DNA from: Eledone cirrhosa
Lineage: Eukaryota
Assembly: GCA_964016885.1 (NCBI GenBank)
Contig: OZ024744.1
Location: 116,374,001 to 116,438,000 of the forward strand
Length of the DNA stretch: 64,000 bases
Direction of reading: 5' to 3'
A model generated the notes under the pieces. It was given only the letters and a program-made list of their open reading frames with translations. It did not search any database and was not told the DNA's origin. Shown here in pieces: positions 12,201-24,784 of this stretch. The first letter of the stretch is position 1. Every line of letters starts with the position of its first letter. The translations under genes were made by a program, and so were the position numbers.

Positions 12201-15200
12201 TGTCAGTCATTATACTGTGGCCATATTGGGGCACTACCTTGATATAGTCTACCATATCAACCTCAGTACAGTTTTACTGCTGTCAGTCATTAGAGTGTGG
12301 CCATATTGGGGCACTACCTTGATATAGTCTACTATATCAACCTCAGTAGTGTTTTACTGGTGTCAGTCATTAGATTGTGGCCATACTGGGGCACTACCTT
12401 GATATAGTCTACCATATCAACCTCAGTACTGTTTTACTGGTGTCAGTCATTATACTGTGGCCATATTGGGGCACCACCTTGATATAGTCTACGATATCAA
12501 CCTCACTACCATTTTACTGGTGTCAGTCATTAGAGTGTGGCCATACTGGGGCACAACCTTGATATGGTCTACCATATCAACCTCAGTACTGTTTTACTGG
12601 TGTCAGTCATTAGAGTGTGGCCATACTGGGGCACAACCTTGATATAGTCTACCATATCAACCTCAGTACTGTTTTACTCGTGTCAGTCATGAGACTGTGG
12701 CCATACTAGGGCACTACCTTGATATAATCTACCATATCAACCTCAATACTGTTTTACTGGTGTCAGTCACTAGAGTGTGGCCATACTGGGGCACTACATT
12801 GATGTAGTCTACCATTTCAAACTCAGTTCTCTTTTACTGGTGTCAGTCATTAGACTGTGGCCATACTGGGGCACTACCAAGATATAGTCTACTATATCAA
12901 ACTCAGTACTGTTTTACTGGTGTCCATCATTAGGCTGTGTCCATACTGGAGCACTACCTTGATATAGTCTACCATATCAACCTCACTACTGTTTTACAGG
13001 TGTCAGTCATTAGACTGTGGCTATACTGGAGCACTACCTTGATATAGTCTGCCATATCAACCTCAGTACTGTTTTACTGGTGTCAGTCATTAGACTGTGG
13101 CCATACTGGGGCACTATCTTGATATAGTCTACCATATCAACCTCACTACTGTTTTACTGGTGTCAGTCATTAGACTGTGGCCATACTGGGGCACTACCTT
13201 GATATTGTCTACCATATCAACCTCAGTACTGTATTACTGGTGTCAGTCATTATACTGTGGCCATATTGGGGCACTACCTTGATATAGTCTACCATATCAA
13301 CCTCAGTACTGTTTTACTGGTGTCAGTCATTATACTGTGGCCATATTAGGGCACTACTTTGATATAGTCTACCATATCAACCTCAGTACAGTTTTACTGC
13401 TGTCAGTCATTAGAGTGTGGCCTTATTGGGGAACTACCTTGATATAGTCTACCATATCAACCTCAGTACTATTTTACAGGTGTCAATCATTAGACTGTGG
13501 CCATACTGGGGCACTAGCTTGATATAGTCTACCATATCAACCTCAGTACTGTTTTACTCGTGTCAGTCATTAGACTGTGGCCATACTAGGGCACTACCTT
13601 GATATAGTCTACCATATCAACCTCAGTACAGTTTTACAGCTGTCAGTCATTAGAGTGTGGCCATATTGGGGCACTACCTTGATATAGTCTACCATATCAA
13701 CCTCAGTACTGTTTTACTGGTGTCAGTCATTATACTGTGGCCATATTGGGGCACCACCTTGATATAGTCTACGATATCAACCTCAGTACAATTTTACTGG
13801 TGTCAGTCATTAGAGTGTGGCCATAATGGACCACAACCTTGATATAGTCTACCATATCAATCTCAGTACTATTTTACAGGTGTCAATCATTAGACTGTGG
13901 CCATACTGGGGCACTAGCTTGATATAGTCTACCATATCAATCTCAGTACTGTTTTACTGGTGTCAGTCACTAGACTGTGGCCATACTGGGGCACTACATA
14001 GATGTAGTCTACCATATCAAACTCAGTACGGTTTTACTGGTGTCCATCATTAGGCTGAGGCCATACTGGAGCACTACCTTGATATAGTCTACCATATCAA
14101 CCTCACTACTGTTTTACAGGTGTCAGTCATTAGACTGTGGCTATACTGGAGCACTACCTTGATATAGTCTACCACATCAACCTCAGTACTGTTTTACTGG
14201 TGTCAGTCATTAGACTGTGGCCATACTGGGGCACTACCTTTATATAGTCTACCATGTCAAACTCAATACTGTTTTACTGGTGTCAGTTATTAGAATGTGG
14301 CCATACTGGGGTACTAACTTAATATAGTCTAATATATCAACCTCAGTACTGCTTTACTGGTGTCAGTCATTCGACTGTGGCCATACTGGGGCACTATCTT
14401 GATATAGTCTACCATATCAACCTCAGTACTGTATTACTGGTGTCAATCATTGGACAGTGGTCATACTGGGGCACTACCTTGATATAGTCTACCATATCAA
14501 CCTCACTACTGTTTTACTGGTGTCAGTCACTAGACTGTGGCCATACTGGGGCACTATCTTGATATAGTCTACCATATCAATCTCACTACTGTTTTACTGG
14601 TGTCAGTCATTAGACTGTGGCCATACTGGGGCTCTACCTTGATATTGTCTACCATATCAACCTCAGTACTCTATTACTGGTGTCAATCATTATACTGTGG
14701 CCATATTGGGGCACTACCTTGATATAGTCTACCATATCAACCTCAGTACTGTTTTACTGGTGTCAGTCATTATACTGTGGCCATATTGGGGCACTACCTT
14801 GATATAGTCTACCATATCAACCTCAGTACAGTTTTACTGGTGTCAGTCATTAGAGTGTGGCCATATTGGGGCACTACCTTGATATAGTCTACTATATCAA
14901 CCTCAGTAGTGTTTTACTGGTGTCAGTCATTAGATTGTGGCCATACTGGGGCACTACCTTGATATAGTCTACCATATCAACCTCAGTACAGTTTTACTGG
15001 TGTCAGTCACTAGACTGTGGCCATACTAGGCCACTAGCTTGATATAGTCTACCATATCAACCTTAGTACTGTTTTACTTGTGGCAGTCATTAGACTGTGG
15101 CCATACTGGGGCACGACCTTGATATAGTCTACCATATCAACCTCAGTACTGTTTTACAGGTGTCAATCATTAGACTGTGGCCATACTGGGGACTAGCTTG

Positions 15201-17900
15201 ATATTGTTTACCATATCAACCTCAGTACTATTTTACAGGTGTCAATCATTAGACTGTGGCCATACTGGGGCACTAGCTTGATATAGTCTACCATATCAAC
15301 CTCAGTACAGTTTTACTTCTGTCAGTCATTAGAGTGTGGCCATATTGGGGCACTACCTTGATATAGTCTACCATATCAACCTCAGTACTGTTTTACTCGT
15401 GTCAGTCATTAGACTGTGGCCATACTAGGGCACTACCTTGATATAATGTACCATATCAACCTCACTACTGTTTTACTGGTGTCAGTCACTAGACTGTGGC
15501 CATACTGGGGCACTATCTTGATATAGTCTACCATATCAACCTCACTACTGTTTTACTGGTGTCAGTCATTAGACTGTGGCCATACTGGGGCACTACCTTG
15601 ATATAGTCTACCATATCAACCTCAGTACTGTATTACTGGTGTCAGTCATTATACTGTGGCCATATTGGCGCACTACCTTGATATAGTCTACCATATCAAC
15701 CTCAGTACAGTTTTACAGCTGTCAGTCATTAGAGTGTGGCCATATTGGGGCACTACCTTGATATAGTCTACCATATCAACCTCAGTACTGTTTTACTGGT
15801 GTCAGTCATTATACTGTGGCCATATTGGGGCACCACCTTGATATAGTCTACGATATCAACCTCACTACAATTTTACTAGTGTCAGTCATTAGAGTGTGGC
15901 CATAATGGGGCACAACCTTGATATAGTCTACCATATCAACATCAGTACTGTTTTACTGGTGTCAGTCATTAGAGTGTGGCCATACTGGGGCACTACCTTG
16001 ATATAGTCTACCATATCAATCTCAGTACTGTTTTACTGGTGTCAGTCACTAGGCTGTGGCCATACTGGGGCACTACCTTGATATAGTCTACCATATCAAC
16101 CTCAGTACTGTTTTACAGGTGTCAATCATTAGACTGTGGCCATACTGGGGACTAGCTTGATATAGTTTACCATATCAACCTCAGTACTATTTTACAGGTG
16201 TCAATCATTAGACTGTGGCCATACTGGGGCACTAGCTTGATATAGTCTACCATATCAACCTCAGTACTGTTTTACTCGTGTCAGTCATTAGACTGTGGCC
16301 ATACTAGGGCACTACCTTGATATAATCTACCATATCAACCTCAATACTGTTTTACTGGTGTCAGTCACTAGACTGTGGCCATACTGGGGCACTACATTGA
16401 TGTAGTCTACCATTTCAAACTCAGTTCTCTTTTACTGGTGTCAGTCATTATGCTGTGGCCATACTGGGGCACTACCAAGATATAGTCTACCATATCAAAC
16501 TCAGTACTGTTTTACTGGTGTCCATCATTAGGCTGTGGCCATACTGGGGCACTAGCTTGATATAGTCTACCATATCAACCTCACTACTGTTTTACAGGTG
16601 TCAGTCATTAGACTGTGGCTATACTGGAGCACTACCTTGATATAGTCTACCACATCAACCTCAGTACTGTTTTACTGGTGTCAGTCATTAGACTGTGGCC
16701 ATACTGGGGCACTACCTTTATATAGTCTACCATGTCAAACTCAATACTGTTTTACTGGTGTCAGTTATTAGAATGTGGCCATACTGGGGTACTAACTTTA
16801 TATAGTCTACTATATCAACCTCAGTACTGCTTTACTGGTGTCAGTCATTCGACTGTGGCCATACTGGAGCACTATCTTGATATAGTCTACCATATCAATC
16901 TCAGTACTGTATTACTGGTGTCAATCATTGGACAGTGGTCATACTGGGGCACTACCTTGATATAGTCTACCATATCAACCTCAGTACTGTTTTACTGGTG
17001 TCAGTCACTACACTGTGGCCATACTGGGGCACTACCTTGATATAGTCTACCATATCAACCTCAGTACTGTTTTACTGGTGTCAGTCATTAGACTGTGGCC
17101 ATACTGGGGCACTATCTTGATATAGTCTACCATATCAATCTCACTACTGTTTTACTGGTGTCAGTCATTAGACTGTGGCCATACTGGGGCACTACCTTGA
17201 TATTGTCTACCATATCAACCTCAGTACTCTATTACTGGTGTCAATCATTATACTGTGGCCATATTGGGGCACTACCTTGATATAGTCTACCATATCAACC
17301 TCAGTACTGTTTTACTGGTGTCAGTCATTATACTGTGGCCATATTGGGGCACTACCTTGATATAGTCTACCATATCAACCTCAGTACAGTTTTACTGGTG
17401 TCAGTCATTAGAGTGTGGCCATATTGGGGCACTACCTTGATATAGTCTACTATATCAACCTCAGTAGTGTTTTACTGGTGTCAGTCATTAGATTGTGGCC
17501 ATACTGGGGCACTACTTTGATATAGTCTACCATATCAACCTCAGTACTGTTTTACTGGTGTCAGTCATTATACTGTGGCCATATTGGGGCACCACCTTGA
17601 TATAGTCTACAATATCAACCTCACTACCATTTTACTGGTGTCAGTCATTAGAGTGTGGCCATACTGGGGCACAACCTTGATATGGTCTACCATATCAACC
17701 TCAGTACTGTTTTACTGGTGTCAGTCATTAGAGTGTGGCCATACTGGGGCACTACCTTGATATAGTCTACCATATCAATCTCAGTACTGTTTTACTGGTG
17801 TCAGTCACTAGACTGTGGCCATACTGGGCCACTAGCTTGATATAGTCTACCATATCAACCTCAGTACTGTTTTACTTGTGGCAGTCATTAGACTGTGGCC
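6300..17900. repeat. Degenerate higher-order repeat of about 31-32 monomers (2.48-2.56 kb); ends approximate
   Basis: Marker ACTATATCAACCTCAGTAGT...AGATTG occurs at about 9861, 12341, 14901 and 17459. ORF-track twins are 9977/12457 and 10617/13097 (2480 bp) and 14537/17095 (2558 bp). A 79-bp variant occurs at about 6381/8860. Confidence 0.8.
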
Positions 17901-20900
17901 ATACTGGGGCACGACCTTGATATAGTCTACCATATCAACCTCAGTACTGTTTTACAGGTGTCAATCATTAGACTATGGCCATACTGGGGACTAGCTTGAT
18001 ATTGTTTACCATATCAACCTCAGTACTGTTTTACTCGTGTCTGTCACTAGACTGTGGCCATACTGGGGCACTAACATGATATAGTCTACCATATCAACCT
18101 CAATACTGTTTTACAGGTGTCAATCATTAGACTGTGGCCATACTGGGGAACTAGCTTGATATAGTCTACCATACCAACCTCAGTACTGTTTCACTCGTGT
18201 CAGTCATTAGACTGTGGCCATACTAGGGCACTACCTTGATATAATCTACCATATCAACCTCAATACTGTTTTACTGGTGTCAGTCATTAGAATGTGGCCA
18301 TACTGGGGTACTAACTTTATATAGTCTACTATATCAACCTCAGTACTGCTTTACTGGTGTCAGTCATTCGACTGTGGCCATACTAGGGCACTACCAAGAT
18401 ATAGTCTACCATATCAAACTCAGTACTGTTTTACTAGTGTCCATCATTAGGCTGTGGCCATACTGGAGCACTACCTTGATATAGTCTACCATATCAACCT
18501 CACTACTGTTTTACAGGTGTCAGTCATTAGACTGTGGCTATACTGGAGCACTACCTTGATATAGTCTACCATTTCTAACTCAGTTCTCTTTTACTGGTGT
18601 CAGTCATTAGACTGTGGCCATACTGGGGCACTACCAAGATATAGTCTACCATATCAAACTCAGTACTGTTTTACTAGTGTCCATCATTAGGCTGTGGCCA
18701 TACTGGAGCACTACCTTGATATAGTCTACCATATCAACCTCACTACTGTTTTACAGGTGTCAGTCATTAGACTGTGGCTATACTGGAGCACTACCTTGAT
18801 ATAGTCTACCACATCAACCTCAGTACTGTTTTACTGGTGTCAGTCATTAGACTGTGGCCATACTGGGGCACTACCTTTATGTAGTCTACCATGTCAACCT
18901 CAATACTGTTTTACTGGTGTCAGTCATTAGAATGTGGCCATACTGGGGTACTAACTTTATATAGTCTACTATATCAACCTCAGTACTGCTTTACTGGTGT
19001 CAGTCATTCGACTGTGGCCATACTGGGGCACTATCTTGATATAGTCTACCATATCAACCTCAGTACTGTTTTACTGGTGTCAGTCATTAGATTGTGGCCA
19101 TACTGGGGCAACACCTTGATATAGTCTACCATATCAACCTCAGTACTGTTTTACTGGTGTCAGTCATTGGACTGTGGCCATACTGGGGCACTACCTTGAT
19201 ATAGTCTACCATATCAACCTCTGTACTGTTTTACTGGTGTCAGGCAATAGACTGTGGCCATACTAGGGCACTACCTAGATATAGTCTACCATATCAACCT
19301 CAGTACTGTTTTATTGGTGTCAGACATTAGACTCTGGTCATACTGGGGCACTACCTTGATATAGTCTACCATATCAACCTAAGTACTATTTTACTGGTGT
19401 CAGTCATTAGACTGTGGCCATACTGGGGCACTACCTAGATATAGTCTACCATATTAACCTGAGTAAAGTTTTACTGGTGTCAGTCATTAGATTGTGGCCA
19501 TACAGGGGCACTACCTTAATATAGTCTACCATATCAACCTCACTACTGTTTTACTGGTGTCAGTCATTAGACTGTGGCCATACTGGGTTACTACCTTGAT
19601 ATAGTCTACCATATCAACCTCAGTACAGTTTTACTGGTGTCAATCATTGGACAGTGGTCATACTGGGGCACTACCTTGATATAGTCTACCATATCAACCT
19701 CACTACTGTTTTACTGGTGTCAGTCATTAAACTGTGGCCATACTGGGGCACTACCTTGATATAGTCTACCATATCAACCTCTCTACTGTTTTACTGGTGT
19801 CAGTCATTAGACTGTGGCCATACTGGGGCACTACCTTGATATAGTCTACCATATCAACCTCAGTACTGTTTTACTCGTGTCAGTCATTAGACTGTGGCCA
19901 TACTGAGGCACTACCTTGATATATTCTACCATATCAACCTCCATACTGTTTGACTGGCACCAGTCATTAGACTGTGGCCATACTGGGGCACTACCTTGAT
20001 ATAGTCTACCATATCAACCGCAGTACTGTTCTACTGGTGTCAATCATTAGACTGTGGCCATACTGAGGCACTACCTTGATATATTCTACCATATAAACCT
20101 CCATACTGTTTGACTGGCACCAGTCATTAGACTGTGGCCATACTGGGGCTCTACCTTGATATAGTCTACCATATCAAACTCAGTACTGTTTTACTGGTGT
20201 CAGTCGTTAGACTGTGGCCATACTGGGGCACTACCTTGATATTGTCTACCATATCAACTTCACTACTGCTTTACTGGTGTCAGTCACTAGACTGTGGCCA
20301 TACTGGGGCACTAACATGATATAGTCTACAATATCAACCTAAGTACTGTTTTACTGGTGCCTGTCATTAGACTGTGGCCATACTGGGGCACTACCTTGAT
20401 ATAGTCTACCATATCAATCTCAGTACAGTTTTACTGGTGTCAGTCACTAGACTGTGGCCATACTGGGCCACTAGCTTGATATAGTCTACCTTATCAACCT
20501 CAGTACTGTTTTACTTGTGGCAGTCATTAGACTGTGGCCATACTGGGGCACTACCTTGATATAGTCTACCATATCAATCTCAGTACTGTTTTACTGGTGT
20601 CAGTCATTAGACTGTGGCCATACTGGGGCACTACCGTGATATGGTCTACCTTATCAACCTCCATACTGTTTGACTGGCACCAGTCATTAGACTGTGGCCA
20701 TACTGGGGCTCTACCTTGATATAGTCTACCATATCAACCTCAGTACTGTTTTACTGGTGTCAGTCGTTAGACTCTGGCCATACTGGGGCACTACCTTGAT
20801 ATTGTCTACCATATCAACCTCACTACTGCTTTACTTGTGTCAGTCACTAGACTGTGGCCATACTGGGGCACTAACATGATATAGTCTACCATATCAACCT

Positions 20901-23900
20901 AAGTACTGTTTTGCTGATGTCAGTCATTAGACTGTGGCCATACTGTGGAACTACCGTGATATAGTCTACCATATCAACCTCAGTACTGTTTTACTGGTGT
21001 CAGTCATTAGACTGTGGCCATACTGGGGCACTACCTTGATATAGGCTACCATATCAACCTTAGTACTGTTTTGCTGATGTCAGTCATTAGACTGTGGCCA
21101 TACTGGGGCACTACCTTGATATAGACTACCATATCAATCTCACTACTGCTTTACTGGTGTCAGTCATTAGATTGTGGCCATACTGGGGCAACACCTTGAT
21201 ATAGTCTACCATATCAACCTCAGTACTGTTTTACTGGTGTCAGTCATTGGACTGTGGCCATACTGGGGCACTACATTGATATAGTCTACCATATCAACCT
21301 CTGTACTGTTTTACTGGTGTCAGTCAATAGACTGTGGCTATACTAGGGCACTACCTAGATATAGTCTACCATATCAACCTCAGTACTGTTTTATTGGTGT
21401 CAGACATTAGACTGTGGCCATACTGGGGCACTACCTTGATATAGTCTACCATATCAACCTCAGTACTATTTTACTGGTGTCAGTCATTAGACTGTGGCCA
21501 TACTGGGGCACTACCTTGATATTGTCTACCATATCAACCTCAGTACTCTATTACTGGTGTCAATCATTATACTGTGGCCATATTGGGGCACTACCTTGAT
21601 ATAGTCTACCATATCAACCTCAGTACTGTTTTACTGGTGTCAGTCATTATACTGTGGCCATATTGGGGCACTACCTTGATATAGTCTACCATATCAACCT
21701 CAGTACAGTTTTACTGGTGTCAGTCATTAGAGTGTGGCCATATTGGGGCACTACCTTGATATAGTCTACTATATCAACCTCAGTAGTGTTTTACTGGTGT
21801 CAGTCATTAGATTGTGGCCATACTGGGGCACTACTTTGATATAGTCTACCATATCAACCTCAGTACTGTTTTACTGGTGTCAGTCATTATACTGTGGCCA
21901 TATTGGGGCACCACCTTGATATAGTCTACAATATCAACCTCACTACCATTTTACTGGTGTCAGTCATTAGAGTGTGGCCATACTGGGGCACAACCTTGAT
22001 ATGGTCTACCATATCAACCTCAGTACTGTTTTACTGGTGTCAGTCATTAGAGTGTGGCCATACTGGGGCACTACCTTGATATAGTCTACCATATCAACCT
22101 CAGTACTGTTTTACTTGTGGCAGTCATTAGACTGTGGCCATACTGGGGCACGACCTTGATATAGTCTACCATATCAACCTCAGTACTGTTTTACAGGTGT
22201 CAATCATTAGACTATGGCCATACTGGGGACTAGCTTGATATTGTTTACCATATCAACCTCAGTACTATTTTACAGGTGTCAATCATTAGACTGTGGCCAT
22301 ACTGGGGAACTAGCTTGATATAGTCTACCATACCAACCTCAGTACTGTTTTACTCGTGTCAGTCATTAGACTGTGGCCATACTAGGGCACTACCTTGATA
22401 TAATCTACCATATCAACCTCAATACTGTTTTACTGGTGTCAGTCATTAGAATGTGGCCATACTGGGGTACTAACTTTATATAGTCTACTATATCAACCTC
22501 AGTACTGCTTTACTGGTGTCAGTCATTCGACTGTGGCCATACTGGGGCACTACCAAGATATAGTCTACCATATCAAACTCAGTACTGTTTTACTAGTGTC
22601 CATCATTAGGCTGTGGCCATACTGGAGCACTACCTTGATATAGTCTACCATATCAACCTCACTACTGTTTTACAGGTGTCAGTCATTAGACTGTGGCTAT
22701 ACTGGAGCACTACCTTGATATAGTCTACCATTTCTAACTCAGTTCTCTTTTACTGGTGTCAGTCATTAGACTGTGGCCATACTGGGGCACTACCAAGATA
22801 TAGTCTACCATATCAAACTCAGTACTGTTTTACTAGTGTCCATCATTAGGCTGTGGCCATACTGGAGCACTACCTTGATATAGTCTACCATATCAACCTC
22901 ACTACTGTTTTACAGGTGTCAGTCATTAGACTGTGGCTATACTGGAGCACTACCTTGATATAGTCTACCACATCAACCTCAGTACTGTTTTACTGGTGTC
23001 AGTCATTAGACTGTGGCCATACTGGGGCACTACCTTTATATAGTCTACCATGTCAACCTCAATACTGTTTTACTGGTGTCAGTCATTAGAATGTGGCCAT
23101 ACTGGGGTACTAACTTTATATAGTCTACTATATCAACCTCAGTACTGCTTTACTGGTGTCAGTCATTCGACTGTGGCCATACTGGGGCACTATCTTGATA
23201 TAGTCTACCATATCAACCTCAGTACTGTTTTACTGGTGTCAGTCATTAGATTGTGGCCATACTGGGGCAACACCTTGATATAGTCTACCATATCAACCTC
23301 AGTACTGTTTTACTGGTGTCAGTCATTGGACTGTGGCCATACTGGGGCACTACCTTGATATAGTCTACCATATCAACCTCTGTACTGTTTTACTGGTGTC
23401 AGGCAATAGACTGTGGCCATACTAGGGCACTACCTAGATATAGTGTACCATATCAACCTCAGTACTGTTTTATTGGTGTCAGACATTAGACTGTGGTCAT
23501 ACTGGGGCACTACCTTGATATAGTCTACCATATCAACCTAAGTACTATTTTACTGGTGTCAGTCATTAGACTGTGGCCATACTGGGGCACTACCTAGATA
23601 TAGTCTACCATATTAACCTGAGTAAAGTTTTACTGGTGTCAGTCATTAGATTGTGGCCATACAGGGGCACTACCTTAATATAGTCTACCATATCAACCTC
23701 ACTACTGTTTTACTGGTGTCAGTCATTAGACTGTGGCCATACTGGGTTACTACCTTGATATAGTCTACCATATCAACCTCAGTACAGTTTTACTGGTGTC
23801 AATCATTGGACAGTGGTCATACTGGGGCACTACCTTGATATAGTCTACCATATCAACCTCACTACTGTTTTACTGGTGTCAGTCATTAAACTGTGGCCAT

Positions 23901-24481
23901 ACTGGGGCACTACCTTGATATAGTCTACCATATCAACCTCACTACTGTTTTACTGGTGTCAGTCATTAGACTGTGGCCATACTGGGGCACTACCTTGATA
24001 TAGTCTACCATATCAACCTCAGTACTGTTTTACTGGTGTCAGTCATTAGACTGTGGCCATACTGAGGCACTACCTTGATATATTCTACCATATCAACCTC
24101 CATACTGTTTGACTGGCACCAGTCATTAGACTGTGGCCATACTGGGGCACTACCTTGATATAGTCTACCATATCAACCGCAGTACTGTTCTACTGGTGTC
24201 AATCATTAGACTGTGGCCATATTGAGGCACTACCTTGATATATTCTACCATATAAACCTCCATACTGTTTGACTGGCACCAGTCATTAGACTGTGGCCAT
24301 ACTGGGGCTCTACCTTGATATAGTCTACCATATCAAACTCAGTACTGTTTTACTGGTGTCAGTCGTTAGACTGTGGCCATACTGGGGCACTACCTTGATA
24401 TTGTCTACCATATCAACTTCACTACTGCTTTACTGGTGTCAGTCACTAGACTGTGGCCATACTGGGGCACTAACATGATAT

Positions 24482-24499
24482 CATCATCATCATCATCAT
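24482..24499 (-). repeat. (CAT)6 microsatellite tail of the LINE
   Basis: Six CAT units followed by CAC at the left junction. Short tandem-repeat tails in place of poly(A) are typical of RTE-group LINEs. Confidence 0.93.
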
Positions 24500-24784
24500 C
24501 ACCGTTTTACGTCCGTTCTTCCACGCTAGCATGGGTTAGACGGGTTGTCCTGTTGTGGGCAGTGTCTGGTCGGCTGACCATGCCTTGCTCATACAGGAAC
24601 TGATCTGGCTTGATTTCTACAGCTGGATGCCCTTCCTAACACCAACCTCATTTACAGTGAGTGCTGGGTGCTTTTTCGTGGCGCCTACACGTCCACTTTA
24701 CAGTGTGGGCTGGGTGCTTTTTTGCCGTGGCACCTCCACGACCACCTTGCGGTGGGGGGGGGGGGGGCATATTGTTTATATGCT
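24482..24784 (-). other. LINE 3' UTR with terminal stem-loop, internal direct repeat and G14 tract
   Basis: Lies between the ORF stop and the tail. It contains a hairpin at 24513-24543, an imperfect direct repeat at 24651-24696 / 24697-24745 and a G14 run at 24754-24767. Confidence 0.8.

Larger units (their letters stand above)
1..24481. repeat. 80-bp tandem satellite array, left arm (about 306 monomers; runs off the window start)
   Basis: An 80-bp period is directly visible, all copies in the same orientation. Most monomers differ from consensus by 0-6 substitutions, with rare 79-, 81- and 84-bp indel variants. Confidence 0.99.

Noticed and set aside
24751-24767. Functional G-quadruplex
   Set aside because: It is a single homopolymer whose length is error-prone, and it reads as poly-C in the element RNA.
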